A stretch of DNA of 63,237 nt, filler included, from Reticulomyxa filosa (taxonomy: Eukaryota; Protista; Foraminifera): NCBI GenBank assembly GCA_000512085.1. It is 14 parts of 14 records of this genome, joined end to end, with 100 filler letters (N's around TTAATTAATTAA, not from the genome) between each part and the next. Parts side by side here need not be neighbours in the genome. Positions count along the whole stretch, not along the records: positions 39,102 to 41,003 come from ASPP01022817.1; positions 41,104 to 46,436 come from ASPP01000502.1; positions 46,537 to 47,842 come from ASPP01036656.1; positions 47,943 to 49,275 come from ASPP01026877.1; positions 49,376 to 58,077 come from ASPP01036007.1; 9 more parts are not named here. The stretch is one strand, 5' to 3'. Shown piece after piece: positions 39,450-53,200 of the stretch (its first letter is position 1; the number at the start of each line of letters is the position of its first letter). The notes under the pieces are model-generated. The model was given only the letters and a program-made list of their open reading frames with translations. It was not told the DNA's origin and did no database searches. Both the position numbers and the translations under genes were made by a program.

Positions 39450-41106
39450 CAAGCGCGCACTCGAACAGCAAGAACTCAATTTATCACGTCACAAGGATTT
39501 GCTGTTATTACGCTTGTTTCTCTTTCGTGTCATCTGACGTTATAATTGTGATTGGGCCCATTGCTTGAAAAGGTACTTTTTTTACACAACATCTTTACAC
39601 AATATTAATTATTTATTTGTATGTATTAATATGTGTTGCTCGAATTTTTTAATAGATATTTCAAGGTGTATCAATGAAATTTTGTGATGTGGATGGATAC
39701 GTTTTTGCTGTTTGCATTACCATTTGTTCTGCAGCGAATTCCCGGCAATAATGGAAATAGTGACAGCAACGTCAGCAGTAGCAATATCGATGGTTATAGT
39801 ACATGAAAGCAAAAGTGGCAACCCCATCGTCGAATTGTTGCTGATGGTAACCAATACATCGTCGAATCATGGAAGCCTTACTACAACGCACGCACATGTC
39901 ATTTCTCAAATATATTTATTTGTTCATTATTGAACAAGTATCTATAGTAACGGCGTGCATCAAATATGGATCATCGTTTGCGTTTTAAACGACGTACAAT
40001 TTGAAAAGAATGGAAGGTCCATATCGTGTAATATGGCTCATGATGGATCAAAAGTAAATCATACAATTGAAAGTGGTGATTATGTGCGCAGCCTACATTC
40101 CAAGTTATAATGTTTTCTTATAATGTGATTGGAAAATAGTTGGAACATGTATGATCAACATACACGCATATAACACAGGTCTTCAAAGAATGCAATCCTG
40201 TCTGTCGGGCAATTGGAAAGGGGTTGCAGTACCAGCAAGCAAAGATAAAGTAGTTGAAACAATGCCAAATTGGTGGCATATAGATTGCAAGTATTTGATG
40301 TTTGTCTGAAATTTTTTGCTTGAAAAATTTTTGTGTGAATTGTGATTTCTTTTGATTGTTTTTTAATAATTATTTCAATTTCTCCTCCAGCACACGAAAC
40401 CTTTTATCAAATTATAATTATCGTAAAAAATTTCTGAACTTGAACATTTTAAATCAAGAAAGCGCGTAAGACTGTGCGAAATATGAATTGATTTTGTCAC
40501 TATTCCTGGCAAAAAAAGACTTCGGGTGAGTAGATTACAAGAAAAATACGTATAACATAAAGGAACAAGGAGATGATAAAGACAATGGCTAGCAAGAAAA
40601 AGAAAAGGAGGAGGAAGTGAACCTGAATCTAATGAAGACAATGAGAACAAAAATAGCATTAATATTGACGATTGAAAGATGTGCAAATTCTTTGGCCATG
40701 AAAATTAACAAAGGACTCCAAAATATCAAAAAAGAGCAGAAAAAGAAGATTATGAAAATATCAATAATAAAACAAGAGTTACGAATGAGAATAAAGAAAG
40801 ATATCAACAATGATGATAATGACAGTCGTAATATCATTTATTGTTCACTACACGATAAAATTATTGATTCTCGGATATCGAAAGTAAATACAAATTTCAT
40901 CAATTAAATCCAGTAGTGTTGTTGAAATTGAATTCTCAACATTTAATATTGATCAATAATTATATTCGCATCCACATATAACAATAATATCTAAATTATT
41001 TTANNNNNNNNNNNNNNNNNNNNNNNNNNNNNNNNNNNNNNNNNNNNTTAATTAATTAANNNNNNNNNNNNNNNNNNNNNNNNNNNNNNNNNNNNNNNNN
41101 NNNGCA

Positions 41107-42123
41107 TATTAGCATATTCAAGCACAAAGCGTCTCTTTTGTTCTTTCATGGCAAAACTGATTTTGTTTGGCAATACAAACAGTCCATGGTCGAGCGGACA
41201 TTTAAAATAAAATTTGTTTTTGACAGTCCCGTTGTTCGCGCCATGTTTTTCATCCAATTCTATTCCATACCACACATCCTATTTATTTTTTATGTGCAAT
41301 TTTTTTTTTTTTTTTTTTTTCATCACAAGTGTTATTACTTATCACATTTACGTTTTTTTTTTTTTTTTTTCAAAAAAAAAAAAAAAAACAAAACTGTGTC
41401 AAAATGCACGCTTCCAAAGTATCGAATGGTCCCACATAAGTTGGTCTTGTTTGCGACACAAACTCGGTCGCCTACTGTAAACTGGTACTTTCCACTGGCT
41501 ACGTTTGTGTTGTTTTTTTTTTTGAAAGATCAAAACTGAAATGGGGCTTTAAGGAAGTGGACTCGATCTAAAGGTTTGAAGGAAAAGACAATATATACAC
41601 GCACGCACATTCGAGAACTTGCTCAATTTTGGACAATGGTATCCACACCGCTTTGGATTTTGGCGACTCGCTTTGTCTATTGCGAGTGCTCCCTTTGGGC
41701 TCTATCACCATTCGAACCCACTCTCCTTTTCGGTCTGGCTTTCGGCCTATGCAGGTCACGATTCCCTCCATTTTATTTTTTAGGCGAATCTATTTTATTT
41801 CCATGTACTTTTACTTATATACAGATTTTTCTTTTCTTTTTGGAAAATAATGACACACTTCCTTTATGTTATTCTAGTTTGCAACTTAAAATTAAACTTG
41901 TTCTTGACGTACTATTTATTTGGTTCTCTTTTTTTCCTCTTTCTTCTAACTCAACTTTATCGTCTACAAATAACATCAATTTTGATGAGTTGTCTCTTCC
42001 TTTCGTCGGCTCTTGTGGTATATTTAACGGAGATTTTTTACTATCTCTAGCTTTTCTCATTGGTATCCCTTGTATTTTGATGGGATCGATGGGATCCATA
42101 TTCATATAACTATTATCTTTCAA
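41107..42123 (-). CDS. CAP-Gly domain protein (multi-exon, 3'-truncated at contig edge)
   Basis: Splicing out 41394-41279 gives VGDRVCV...GTIRYFGSVHFDT/DVWYGIELDEKHGANNGTVKNKFYFKCPLDHGLFV (a GKNDG-motif variant). Upstream exon limits are approximate. Confidence 0.85.
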
Positions 42124-43386
42124 ATGTGTCGTCTTAAAGATCTTTTACATACGCGTTTTCATCCCTCCCCCCTTGTTTTCAAAAAAAAAAATTCTCCTTT
42201 TGACTGTCCTCTTGCAACATTCACATCTTTTAGGTTACAAAAATGACCTATTTCTTGTAATTCTTTATCTCGTTCAAATTGTGGTAACATTATCACGGTG
42301 GCAAGTCTAATCAATACAAATGATAAATGTAATGAGATGAAAGATGGTACGAAATTGTACTACAAACAATATCATTAAAATTTACGTTTGGAAATGATAT
42401 TATATTTGGAAGTATCAAAGGATACATTTTGAAAAGTTAAAATGTGTTCTTAGAAAATTACTAATTTTGAAACACTAATTAACTTTTGAATTAAAGTAAA
42501 ATAAATCAACAACATAAAAATACATAGTGCGTTGTTTCATATTTTTTAATGTTTCTAACCTGGTACAGTGATACATGAGCCATAACTGACTCCAGAGTTG
42601 TAATAACCCAACTCATAAAATAAAACATTCTTTTATTATCCTCAAATTTCTTGTACGTTTTCGTTAGCTGAGCTCTCTTTCTTGCATCTCTCTACACTGG
42701 AATTAATAATTTTAACTTATTGAATCCATTTAAAATTTTTTTGGCATTTTAAATTTTATTGTTTGTTTTTTGGAGAAAATGTTTTTTATATGAGCATTTT
42801 TTACAATTTTTTGAGCATTTGTTTTTGTTAAATTTATTTATACAATGTTAGTGCATTGTTTTTTAAACTTTTGTCTTTGTTCATTATATTATGTAACAAA
42901 AAGTATGTCGTCATTGTTCATTTTAATGTAAAGTTTAATAATACTTGTTTCTTACAGCACAAATACTGCATCAAAAATTAAATCAAAGTTGTCCATATCA
43001 ATTTGAAATTGCAATTATTTAGCATTTTCAAAATTTATACATTTTGCATATTACGAACATTTACATATTGCTGAGAAGGTATTACAAGAATTAAATTTGG
43101 CTTAACATGAATCTTTCAGTCATCGGATGGAGATAATTCAATACACGCTTAAAATAATCTCTTTCAAAGCTTGAATCAATATCGTGTGCTAAAAAAGTAA
43201 TGATTATGGTTATTTTTGAAGAAATTGGACAAATGGATGAAAAGTGGTTAATTTACTTCAACTCATTAATTTTAATGATCTAAAAGCTTTTTACAAGCAT
43301 AATTTTATTTTAAACATGCACACTGTCGTATTTTTCGACCTCATTTCAAGGAAAACGTCTTACACACTGACAATCCCTTTTTGTAA

Positions 43387-46300
43387 TTAAAAAGTCCCTC
43401 CGCGTTGTTCAATGAGTAATCTCTGTTGGTCTTCTAAGCCGTTAACACCTTTCCATACACTCCCGATCATGGTTAATCCACAGCTTTGGAGACCACTCTG
43501 CCACTTGGCTTTACTTGCTGCACTTTCTGATGCACCCCGAGAAGTCATAATCTTCCATTTCATGGCAGCGGCAGCAGCAAAACCATCCGGGCTTTGCATT
43601 GCCTTTTTCGGCGCCACCTCCCATGCCCGAACACTACGATCCCAAGAGCAAGAAACAATAGTTCGACCATCAGGTGAAAATTGTACTCCTGACACACCAC
43701 TGGAATGTCCCTCCAATGTCTTCAAATATTTTTTGGACGACACATCCCACAAGTAAATAGCGCCTTCTTGAGAACCTGATACAATGGTGCGACCATCAGG
43801 TGAAAAATGTACACAAAGTTCTTCTTTATCTTCTTGGAGTTTCTGTATTTCTTTCCCTGATTTTACATCCCATAATCGTGTAGTCTTATCACTCGAACAG
43901 GAGACGATAATACTACCATCGGGAGAAAACTGAGCTCTTTTTACGCAATCGGAATGTCCTTCCAATTTTCGGATCTCCCGTCCAGATGCCGCATCCCAAA
44001 TGCGAATTGTTTTGTCCCAAGAAGAAGACGCGATCATATGACCGTCTGCGGAATATTGCACTCCTGACACAGGACCTGAATGTCCCTCCAATTTTTGCAC
44101 AACCGCACCCGACGTATCCAAAATTTCAATTATCTTATCAAATGAACAGGCCACAATTCTATCTCCATCGGGCGAAAATCGTACCATGAGATATTTTGCC
44201 CGGCTTTTAAATCTGTTTAGTTCTAATCCCGATGCCACATCCCATATTCGAATTGTTTTATCCTCCGAACATGACACAAGTGTGGTGCCATCTGGAGAAA
44301 AATGTACACTCGTTACAAATCCAGAGTGTCCTTCAAGTACTTGTCTTTGCAGTCCCGACAATGCATCCCACAGCCGAATGGTTTTATCTTCAGAGCCCGA
44401 TCCGACAATACCATTATTGGGAGAAAATTGCACGTCCAGCACAGGATCCATATGTCCATCTGTTTTTTGGAGCTGCTGTCGCAACGTCACATCCCATATT
44501 CGAATTGTTGCATCTTCAGATGCTGACACCACGTTACGTCCATCAGGTGAAAATTGAACAAAGGAAATATATTCAGAATGACCCTCCAATATTTGTATCT
44601 CCCTTCCTGATTTTATATCCCATAATCGAATTGTTTTGTCATAGGATGCAGACACAACAGTAGAGCCATCTGGTGAAATTTGTGCTCCAGTGACACCCCA
44701 AGCATGTCCCTCAAATTTTTGCAATTCCCGTCCTGATTTGATGTCCCACAGCCGAATCGTTTTATCCTCAGAGCACGACAAAAGAGTAGCACCGTCTGAT
44801 GAAAAATGCACTCCAGTCACCGCATTGAGATGTCCTCTTAATTGCTGGGTCATTTGTTTTGATGTCATATCCCAAATCCGAATCGTTTCGTCCGTTGAAC
44901 AAGACGCGCAATAGTTGCCATCTGGAGAATATTTGATTCCAGTCACCAAGCCCGAGTGTCCTTCTAATTGATCTAGCTGGTTTCCTGACTTCACATCCCA
45001 TATTCGAATAGATTCATCCCAAGAACAAGAAATTATTTTTTGTCCATCTGGTGAAAAATCTGCTCCCTTTACAACATCCAAATGCCCTTCAAATTTTTTA
45101 AGTTCCTTTCCTGACATTATGTCCCATAGTCTGATGGTTTTATCCTCGGATGTCGACAGAATTGTTTTTCCGTCTGGTGAAAATATCACTCCCGTCACAA
45201 AGTCTACATGTCCTTCCAGCTTTTTTAACTCATTCCCTGACACGACATCCCACAATCGAACTGTTTTATCAGACGAAGACGACGCGATCATTCGACCATC
45301 CAATGAAAATCTCGCGGATGTTACTAGTCCTTTATGTCCTTTCAGATAGGCGTATTCTCCAAACGAAACTCCGGATATCGTGGCAGAACAAAAATTGGCT
45401 TTGTTTAAGCATGCTTGTAAAAGACTAACTTGAGAAAGATTTGCATTTGTGAAATCTGTTCCTTCTAAAAAAGCGTGGTCTAAAACGGCCTTTTGAATTT
45501 TGACATTACTCCAATTTTTATAAGACAATGAAATTCTTGCAGCATTAAGGATCGTGACTGCATTGGCAGCTGCGATAGCCACTGGATGTGTCTTCGAGGC
45601 ATCGATAACTCGGAACAAACGACTTTGTAAATTCGCATATATACCTTTATTTTCATGGAGTCGCTCCGAAATGAAACGGACAATGCTATTTTCGCTGTTG
45701 AGTAACTTGTGGCCGATACTCAGTGTGGTCACATATTGGGCAAATTGTTGCTGAAATTCTTTGTTATTTAGACTGGTACGGGTAGGCTTCCAATTTACAA
45801 TCTCGTTGATGATCTTGTGTGCTGCAAAATATTCTTGACAAGATTTGTGCAAGAATGTGTATTGATTGGTGCCAATTCGTCGTAAAACATATTTGGACAA
45901 ACTCTCAGCGTTGAAGTATTTTCTCCAAACATCTCCTCCTTTTGACTCATTCAAGGACATATTAGTGATATTTTCATTCACCTTTTTTTCCGATTCTTTG
46001 CCATCTGCATCATTATCCATTTCGGGATCCGGACTGAGCACAGTAAATATATTCTGATTGTCAATATCGTTTTCAATAGCAACTTGATTAGATTGCAAAA
46101 ACATTTCAAATGCCAATTCTTGACAGTATTTTTGGAATGCGGATCTCATTTGGTTTGTGCTTGTGTGTATTCTTAATTCAGACAACTTCTTGGAAATGTT
46201 TTGGATGTGAAAATCTAACCACTGGTTGGTGAAAACCTCATATACTTGGGCCCTTGAAATGGTGCTTCCAACGGCATGCTGTTGAATCAAAGATGGCAAC

Positions 46301-46436
46301 ACGGTTAAGATCAGACGGAGGAGAAAAGGCTCCTCTACCATTTTGTACAAGTTTGGATACTTTTTTAATGTTTCGTGGTACTGTTGTGCAGTCCAGTTAT
46401 CTTTGGTTTTGTTGAATTGTTCTGTGTTTACAAATT
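43387..46436 (-). CDS. NACHT/STAND-type protein, C-terminal part: helical/winged-helix region, pentapeptide repeats, 14 WD40 repeats
   Basis: PFLL and FLHKSCQEYFAA motifs typical of the region after a NACHT domain. Pentapeptide run AVLDHAFLEGTDFTNANLSQVSLLQACLNKANF. Fourteen ~42-aa GH...FSPDG...WD repeats. The P-loop itself lies beyond the contig break and is not seen. Confidence 0.85.
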
Positions 46437-46553
46437 NNNNNNNNNNNNNNNNNNNNNNNNNNNNNNNNNNNNNNNNNNNNTTAATTAATTAANNNNNNNN
46501 NNNNNNNNNNNNNNNNNNNNNNNNNNNNNNNNNNNNATTGCCCTTTTTAGTAT

Positions 46554-46735
46554 TTGACTTTGCAGAAACTTTTACATGAATTGATAAAAAATGGTTATTT
46601 ATGTGATTTAATTCCTAAGAAGATACTATCAACAGGCGAAAAGGTAATCAAAAAACAAATTAATTATAATGAAAGTAATGAAGAAGATGAATTGATATTA
46701 AATGATAAAATATTCACAATATTAAATGAATTGAA
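46554..46735 (+). pseudogene. Truncated fragment of a probable multicopy protein family
   Basis: A protein-like stretch LQKLLHELIKNGYLCDLI...ELILNDKIFTILNELK then degenerates. It resembles an expanded foraminiferal family from memory only, unverified. Confidence 0.3.
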
Positions 46736-49700
46736 GTCCAACGTGTCAGGCCTGAAGAGCGATTTGTCTCGGTGCTCTCCAAAGAAAATGCCGTTTGTGT
46801 TGTCATATCCACGGTATAATGTTTATTTGAACAAAGAATGGACTTTTTTCTTTCTCTATCTGCTTTGCGAAGCCTTGATGTCTTTTAAAAAATTTTTCAA
46901 AGGAGTGAGGGAAACTGGAGTAATGGTATAACTCTTTAACTAGGATGAAGTATATGACGTTTAGTATTTCCACTATAGCAAATACACAATGTCTTAATGA
47001 CTCTCTTTTGAATGAAAGTTGTTTTGGTACATAAGTTTACTTTAAACTATAATTAAAACAAAAATAATGTGAGTTGCAATTCTGGTAGAGATGAAATGAA
47101 TTGTAAATGATAGATGGGATTAAGTTTCGTTTATTACCAATATGAAAAATGAAAAAAAACAAAAGAGCCCAACCAAGTGAAGCTGAGTAATACTGGCATC
47201 TAAAGAAAAAAATTATGTTTTGGAGCGCAAAGAAAAGATAAACCATAGAAGGAATAAAAATAAGACTTTAGTTACAGATTTGCTTGGAAAAATATTGATG
47301 TTACAAGCAAATTTTTTAAATGTACGTAAGAAACTTATGTGACCATATAACATTGCTTTACAGTGCCATTGACATGACGAAGATTACTTAAACTTGTATC
47401 GTTTCGAAATTGCAATGCCCGTATCTACAATCGATAAATGCATTGTTGCTGACTTGTTTACTTGTGATAGTTTTTATTTAAATATATGTCATATTATTAG
47501 TTTCAAGTCAATGACAAAAGATAGTTTGCGTTAGGGTCAATGCCACAGTTGAAATCAAACACACTTGGATCATTCGCGGGAAAATTCCGCTCCCAAGCAG
47601 ATCTGCAGCGAGTCAAGCGTATCCATTCACTGCTTGAGAGAACATAGTTGTTGCTACTTTCCAAAAAGCCGCTTGTCCAGTCACGCATTAGCACAACAAA
47701 TGCCATCACAAATACAAAGAGCATTAGTCATTTCATGTCTTAACTTTCAAACTGTCTGTTTCCCCCTCCAGCTCCTACGTTTTTTACTCAAATACAGTTT
47801 ATTCATTCCTAATAATTTTCAAAATATACAACAGAATTGCAANNNNNNNNNNNNNNNNNNNNNNNNNNNNNNNNNNNNNNNNNNNNTTAATTAATTAANN
47901 NNNNNNNNNNNNNNNNNNNNNNNNNNNNNNNNNNNNNNNNNNTTTCAACAAGCGTAAAAAATTAACACAAGGCACACGCTTTGTCAAAACACAATACAGA
48001 AACAAGGGTTACAATTTGACTGTCGACATAGCTTCTGCCTTTTGAGCATTCTTGTTCTCTCACTCCGCTGTACTTTATACGAACAATTGAGCTAACGTCT
48101 TTGAACGCGAAAAATCGTATTTTCAAATAACATTTCAAATAAAAAAGGATCGATAGTATCAACATGGCAAAATAAAGGCATATTTTTGCATGTTACGAAA
48201 ATCAGATATTCATAAGCGTTCGCTAGTTTCCAACTGCAGCAAAACCGTACAAGGCAATCCCAAAGAAATATATATTTAAGACGTGTAAGCGGCAATCTGG
48301 AAAATGGTGTGCAAGAAAGCTTGACCTTTTGTCGTCTGCACGAAGAGGTAGCTGTTGATTCAAATCAAACGTAATTTATGTTTGCGCTAAAAAAAACAAC
48401 AAAGACAAGAACAGACATACATAATTGTTTTTTAATGCATATATTAAATGCAATAAATGAAAGTGATGTTGGTCTTGTGGTCGTAGCCTGTGAACACTGA
48501 CTATCCAACAACATCTAATAAGAATTTGGCGATCTGACGCTTTGCAGCGCATTAATAGTATCATAATGACTTATTTTGGACGATGTCATGTTTTCGATAA
48601 ACTTCTTTTTCTTTTTCATTATATCCTGGAGTAAAAGTAAGATTTTTACAATATTTTCATTGTATCCAAGCAATGAAACTTAGTCAATATCCAAAGAATG
48701 AAGTGTTTGCTTCTTGCCAACCAAAGTCGTAACTAACTACGAAAATTACAAATAAAAAAATTTAAAAAATGGAACCACGTTCCCCCTTTGTCAAATTAAA
48801 ACTGGCTTATTTTTTGGAAACAGGTTCAAAAAAAATAAAAAATGACCCACAATTTTTAAAAAATAAACTACAATCAAATCTGATTATTGAATATTCTCGT
48901 TTGTCATTTTTTTTGCAGCAAAATAGTTGATATATTTTATGATTGGATTAATTTTGTTTTGATTTTTTATGTGGAAACGATTGCTTTTTTTCAAAACATT
49001 GGGAATTAATCGTTATTTTATACGAGTAGAAAATGTATAATTATATGATTTTTAACTTGCTACCTACTGCAGCGCTATTTGCAAAGGTTAAAGATAATTT
49101 TGAAGGGAGGAGAGTAAAAAAAGCTTATTTCTATTCTTTATTTTTTTTCGACTTTTTTTTGCTAGCTAATGTAAGTGATTATTTGAAACGATACAGTAAA
49201 AAAAAATCTCAATAATGCAAATGATCAAATTCAAAGTTTTACTTTTCATTTCTAAAAAAAATCACATGAATATTTNNNNNNNNNNNNNNNNNNNNNNNNN
49301 NNNNNNNNNNNNNNNNNNNTTAATTAATTAANNNNNNNNNNNNNNNNNNNNNNNNNNNNNNNNNNNNNNNNNNNNTATTTCACAGTATGCATTAAAGTAA
49401 GCAGCTGCATCTCTTTATGAATATTGTTAGATTTTACAATATAAATAGACTCAATCAACTTTTGCAAGTTTTTCTTTTTTTTTAAAGACGAATTATCACA
49501 AAAAGTGGACTGATTTTGATACATTTATTGTATTTTTTAGTATTTTCTTTCTGAAATGTATCATCATTTAGTTAGACAACTGACAGTATTAATTTCATTA
49601 TTGTGTGGTGTATTGGCAGGCTTTTTTTGAAAAGCTTTTTTTGGCCAGTTTTTTTTTTTTGTAGATTTTTGACTGAAACTGGATTTTCAGTGCAAAATAC

Positions 49701-50223
49701 TAACAATATTACTATTTACCTATTTACTTTACTGATCAAATTAAAATATATTCAAACAGTCACAAATAGAATTGTGCTACTACATTACAATTTTGGATTC
49801 AATATTTGACTTGTGCTCAATTGTGTGCAATTTTACTTTGAAAAATTCGCATATATTGATTGCTTGCTGTGTTACGTTGAAATATTTGACTTCCTGTATT
49901 TTTTTAAAGTGTTACTCCAAAAATTAAGGCAGGTCAATAACATAAGAACAACCATCTTTATAGAGCGTATCTTGTGTATAGTACAATGAAATTTAATTAA
50001 ATAATAAAAGTTTAATATGATTTTCTTAATGTTAAATCTCACGGACACGCTATTATTTTTTGGATATGTCGAAATATTGTTTTAGTTATGCTCGACGCTG
50101 TAAGTAACGTCAGATAAAAAGGTTTTTTCGCAACAACAGTTTTTTTTGTTGTGTTTACTTGTTTTTAAGGTAATTTTTAAGCTTGCTTTATTATTGTAAA
50201 AGGAAAAAAACCAAGAAAAAAAG

Positions 50224-53200
50224 ATGTCGACATCATTGGAGATTGTTGACGAGATGATGCGTATATTGCGTCGTCATCAGAAGAAACTACGTAAAAGCAG
50301 ACAACAAAAGTATCAGACATTGGATGATTTTTTGGTGCATCGAAGACCCAGCCGAGAACAAGTGTTGGAATATCCATTTCTTGCTCCGTCTCTGTACTCA
50401 GTAGCACACGATATTGAAAGGCAGCAAAGACAACTTCAATTACAGAGTAAATTGAAAGAGAAGCCAGACCGTGAAGAATTGGAAAGTCAGCAAATATTGT
50501 TGCCAAACTCGAACCAAATATCTAACGTGTTACAAGGCACAGCAGCGCGGTTGTCAGAAGAAATGTCAAACCTACCATCAAAAAAGAATTGGAGCAAAAG
50601 GGGATTTTGCCTTATGGGAATTTGGTATTTTTGTGTGTGTATTGTCGCTTTTTTCTTCCTTTTTCTTGGTACCACGTTTTTTTAAATAGCAGAAAGAATA
50701 TCTGCATGTAATTACTTTTTTTTTTTTTTTGGCATTTAAAAAAAAAAAAGTTTTTAAATGTCCCCACCCGCACATCTCTCCAATTGCTAATTTTGTTTTT
50801 GAAGTGTACGTATAATGCCAAGAGTGAAATGATGTATTGTTTTCAATAAAACTATGCAACGGTCGAAACAATGTACTGACAGGCCTCTTCGCTTCAACCG
50901 ATCGCACAGCAAGTGGAACAGCATCGAAACATTGCGAAAGAGTACAACTCACCTTTGGTGAATGAGGGACGAAATGTTGATGAAACCATTGCGCCACGCA
51001 TCCAAGGGACAGCCCGCCAATTGGAGTTTATGAAAAAAAAAAGAATGGTTGGAATGGAAATATCCACAGAGAGTAGCGCCGGAAGAAATGGTTGACTCTG
51101 GGTTGGTCTATTCCTTGGAAATGGCTCACACTTTGCACAGTGCAGCATTAGAGTTGGAACATTTGTTGAAAACAAGAGTCAATGAATCCTATCTGAGAAA
51201 GAAGCATTTGTTGCCTTTCCGACGATTGGTTTGTTTTTTTGTTGTTGTTTGTTTTTATTGTTATTGTTATGTGTATAATACTATACACACGTATATAACA
51301 TCAACCTAAAATGTCACACAATTAAAATACACGATGTTGTGAAGTCGGAACCATTGCGTCCCATTGCAAGTGAAATTAGCGAATTTTTGAAACGACGACC
51401 TTCGAAAGATGACATTTTGGAGTATCCAGAGCTGTCGAGTGCTTTGTCGCCAACGGCACATGAACTGGACAAAACGCTAAAGAAACAACGTGTGGAGCGG
51501 GGCATTCGTGATCGCCGGAACAGCGAGGATCTGGTCGAAGTCAATGTACTCTATTCCGACACCGTGGCACCCGCTTTGCAACCAGCAGCTGCTGATTTAG
51601 AAAAGCAACTCGGAGAGAGACCAACAGAAGCCACTTTATTCGAAAAGCATATCATTCAAAACCAGAATCTGGTAATTTTTTTTTTTTTCAAATTAAAAAA
51701 ATAAAAACGTTTATAAAACATTGAACATAAAATGAACTTGAACATGGGTTGGTGTGTCATGTGAAGTCGGCCGCACATCAAGACGCAGCAGCCCAATTGG
51801 ACAAAGAGTTACAGCATCGCAAAGACTGGAATCCACAAATCCCAGTACAAGGCAATACGGCCCCGTCGTTGGAAGCGACCAGCCGCGAATTGGAAAAAAA
51901 GATAAAAGAAGACAAAATTGAAAGGACATTAGAACATCGACCTTCTGTGGTGGACTTGGTGCATTCCAACATAATATACAGTGAAGACATGGCAAAGTCA
52001 TTACAAGGTCCCGCCAAAGAGTTGGAACACAAATTGGAACACCGAAGCAGCGTGAAAGGTGTCAAGAGGGCTGGATTGTTACCTTATAGTAAATTATCTG
52101 ATTCCATTCAAGGTGCCGCATTTGATTTGGAGGTATTTTTTTTTTTTTTTTTTGGCATAATCAACGTGTACCTGGTCTAAAAGTTTTTTTGTATAACATG
52201 TATGATATGTCACTGTAAACAGAAAGCATTGCAGTCCGAAATGCATGAACGAACAGCAGAACATATTCAAGCGGCGCAATTGAAGTTGGCACCTGCATTG
52301 CAAATGATCGCACAAGAATTGGAAAAGCAGATGAAAGAGGACACATTAGAAACCTTTCTTCCTCACAGACCTGCGCCTGAGGAAGTGCTTGGGGAATACA
52401 AAGACATATCGCCATCGTTGGTTTCCTCTGCTCGTAAAATGGACTTGTTGACGAAACGTGTTTCCATAGCAAGTCAATTGAGCCAACGCAAGACAAAAGA
52501 AGAAGTAACAGAAGAGCAGATATTGAAAAATCCTCAACTTGCCGATTCTCTTCAGCCTGTTGGACATACCATTGAAAGGCATTTGCAAGAGAAGCAACAA
52601 AACAGACGTGAGGCAAGCGATATTGCGCCAAGCCTTCAAAGTCGAATCAAGACTTTGGAAGAAAGAAGGAAAAAGCATCAATTGGAAAGTCTGTTATTGC
52701 ACCGACCCAATGAAGAGGAAATGCTGCGAAAGCATCGTCTGTTATACACAATACAAATGGCCAGCGCGCTGCAACGATATGCCAAAGAACTAGAAAACCA
52801 CCTACGAATGAGAGTTGGAGAAGAATATTTGAAGAATAAAGGCTTGTTGCCATATTTCAATATCCCTCCCGCACAAAGAGCTGCCGCACTTGCAATTGAC
52901 GAGCACTTGGCAACGCATTTGACGACACGCAACAGATCAGGCAGTGACCCATCGCATTTGGCACCATCATTACGAGCAACTGCCAGAAAATTGGTGAAGC
53001 GTCAAGAAGCCGATCATTTGTCGCAACAATTACGAAGCCGTCACGATTCAAACGAAGTGTTGGCACATCCACACGTTGCATCCTCTTTGGCCCCAGCGGC
53101 ACAAGATATGGAACGTATCTTGAAACAAAAGCGACTCAGCGATGGATTGCATGGTCGACATTCGTCTGAAGAACTAGAAGAACGCAATATTTTGTACTCG

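Noticed and set aside
43620-45340. Regular ~126-nt periodicity as a CRISPR-like or DNA-level array
   Set aside because: It is explained by coding WD40 repeats; there are no identical direct repeats with unique spacers.
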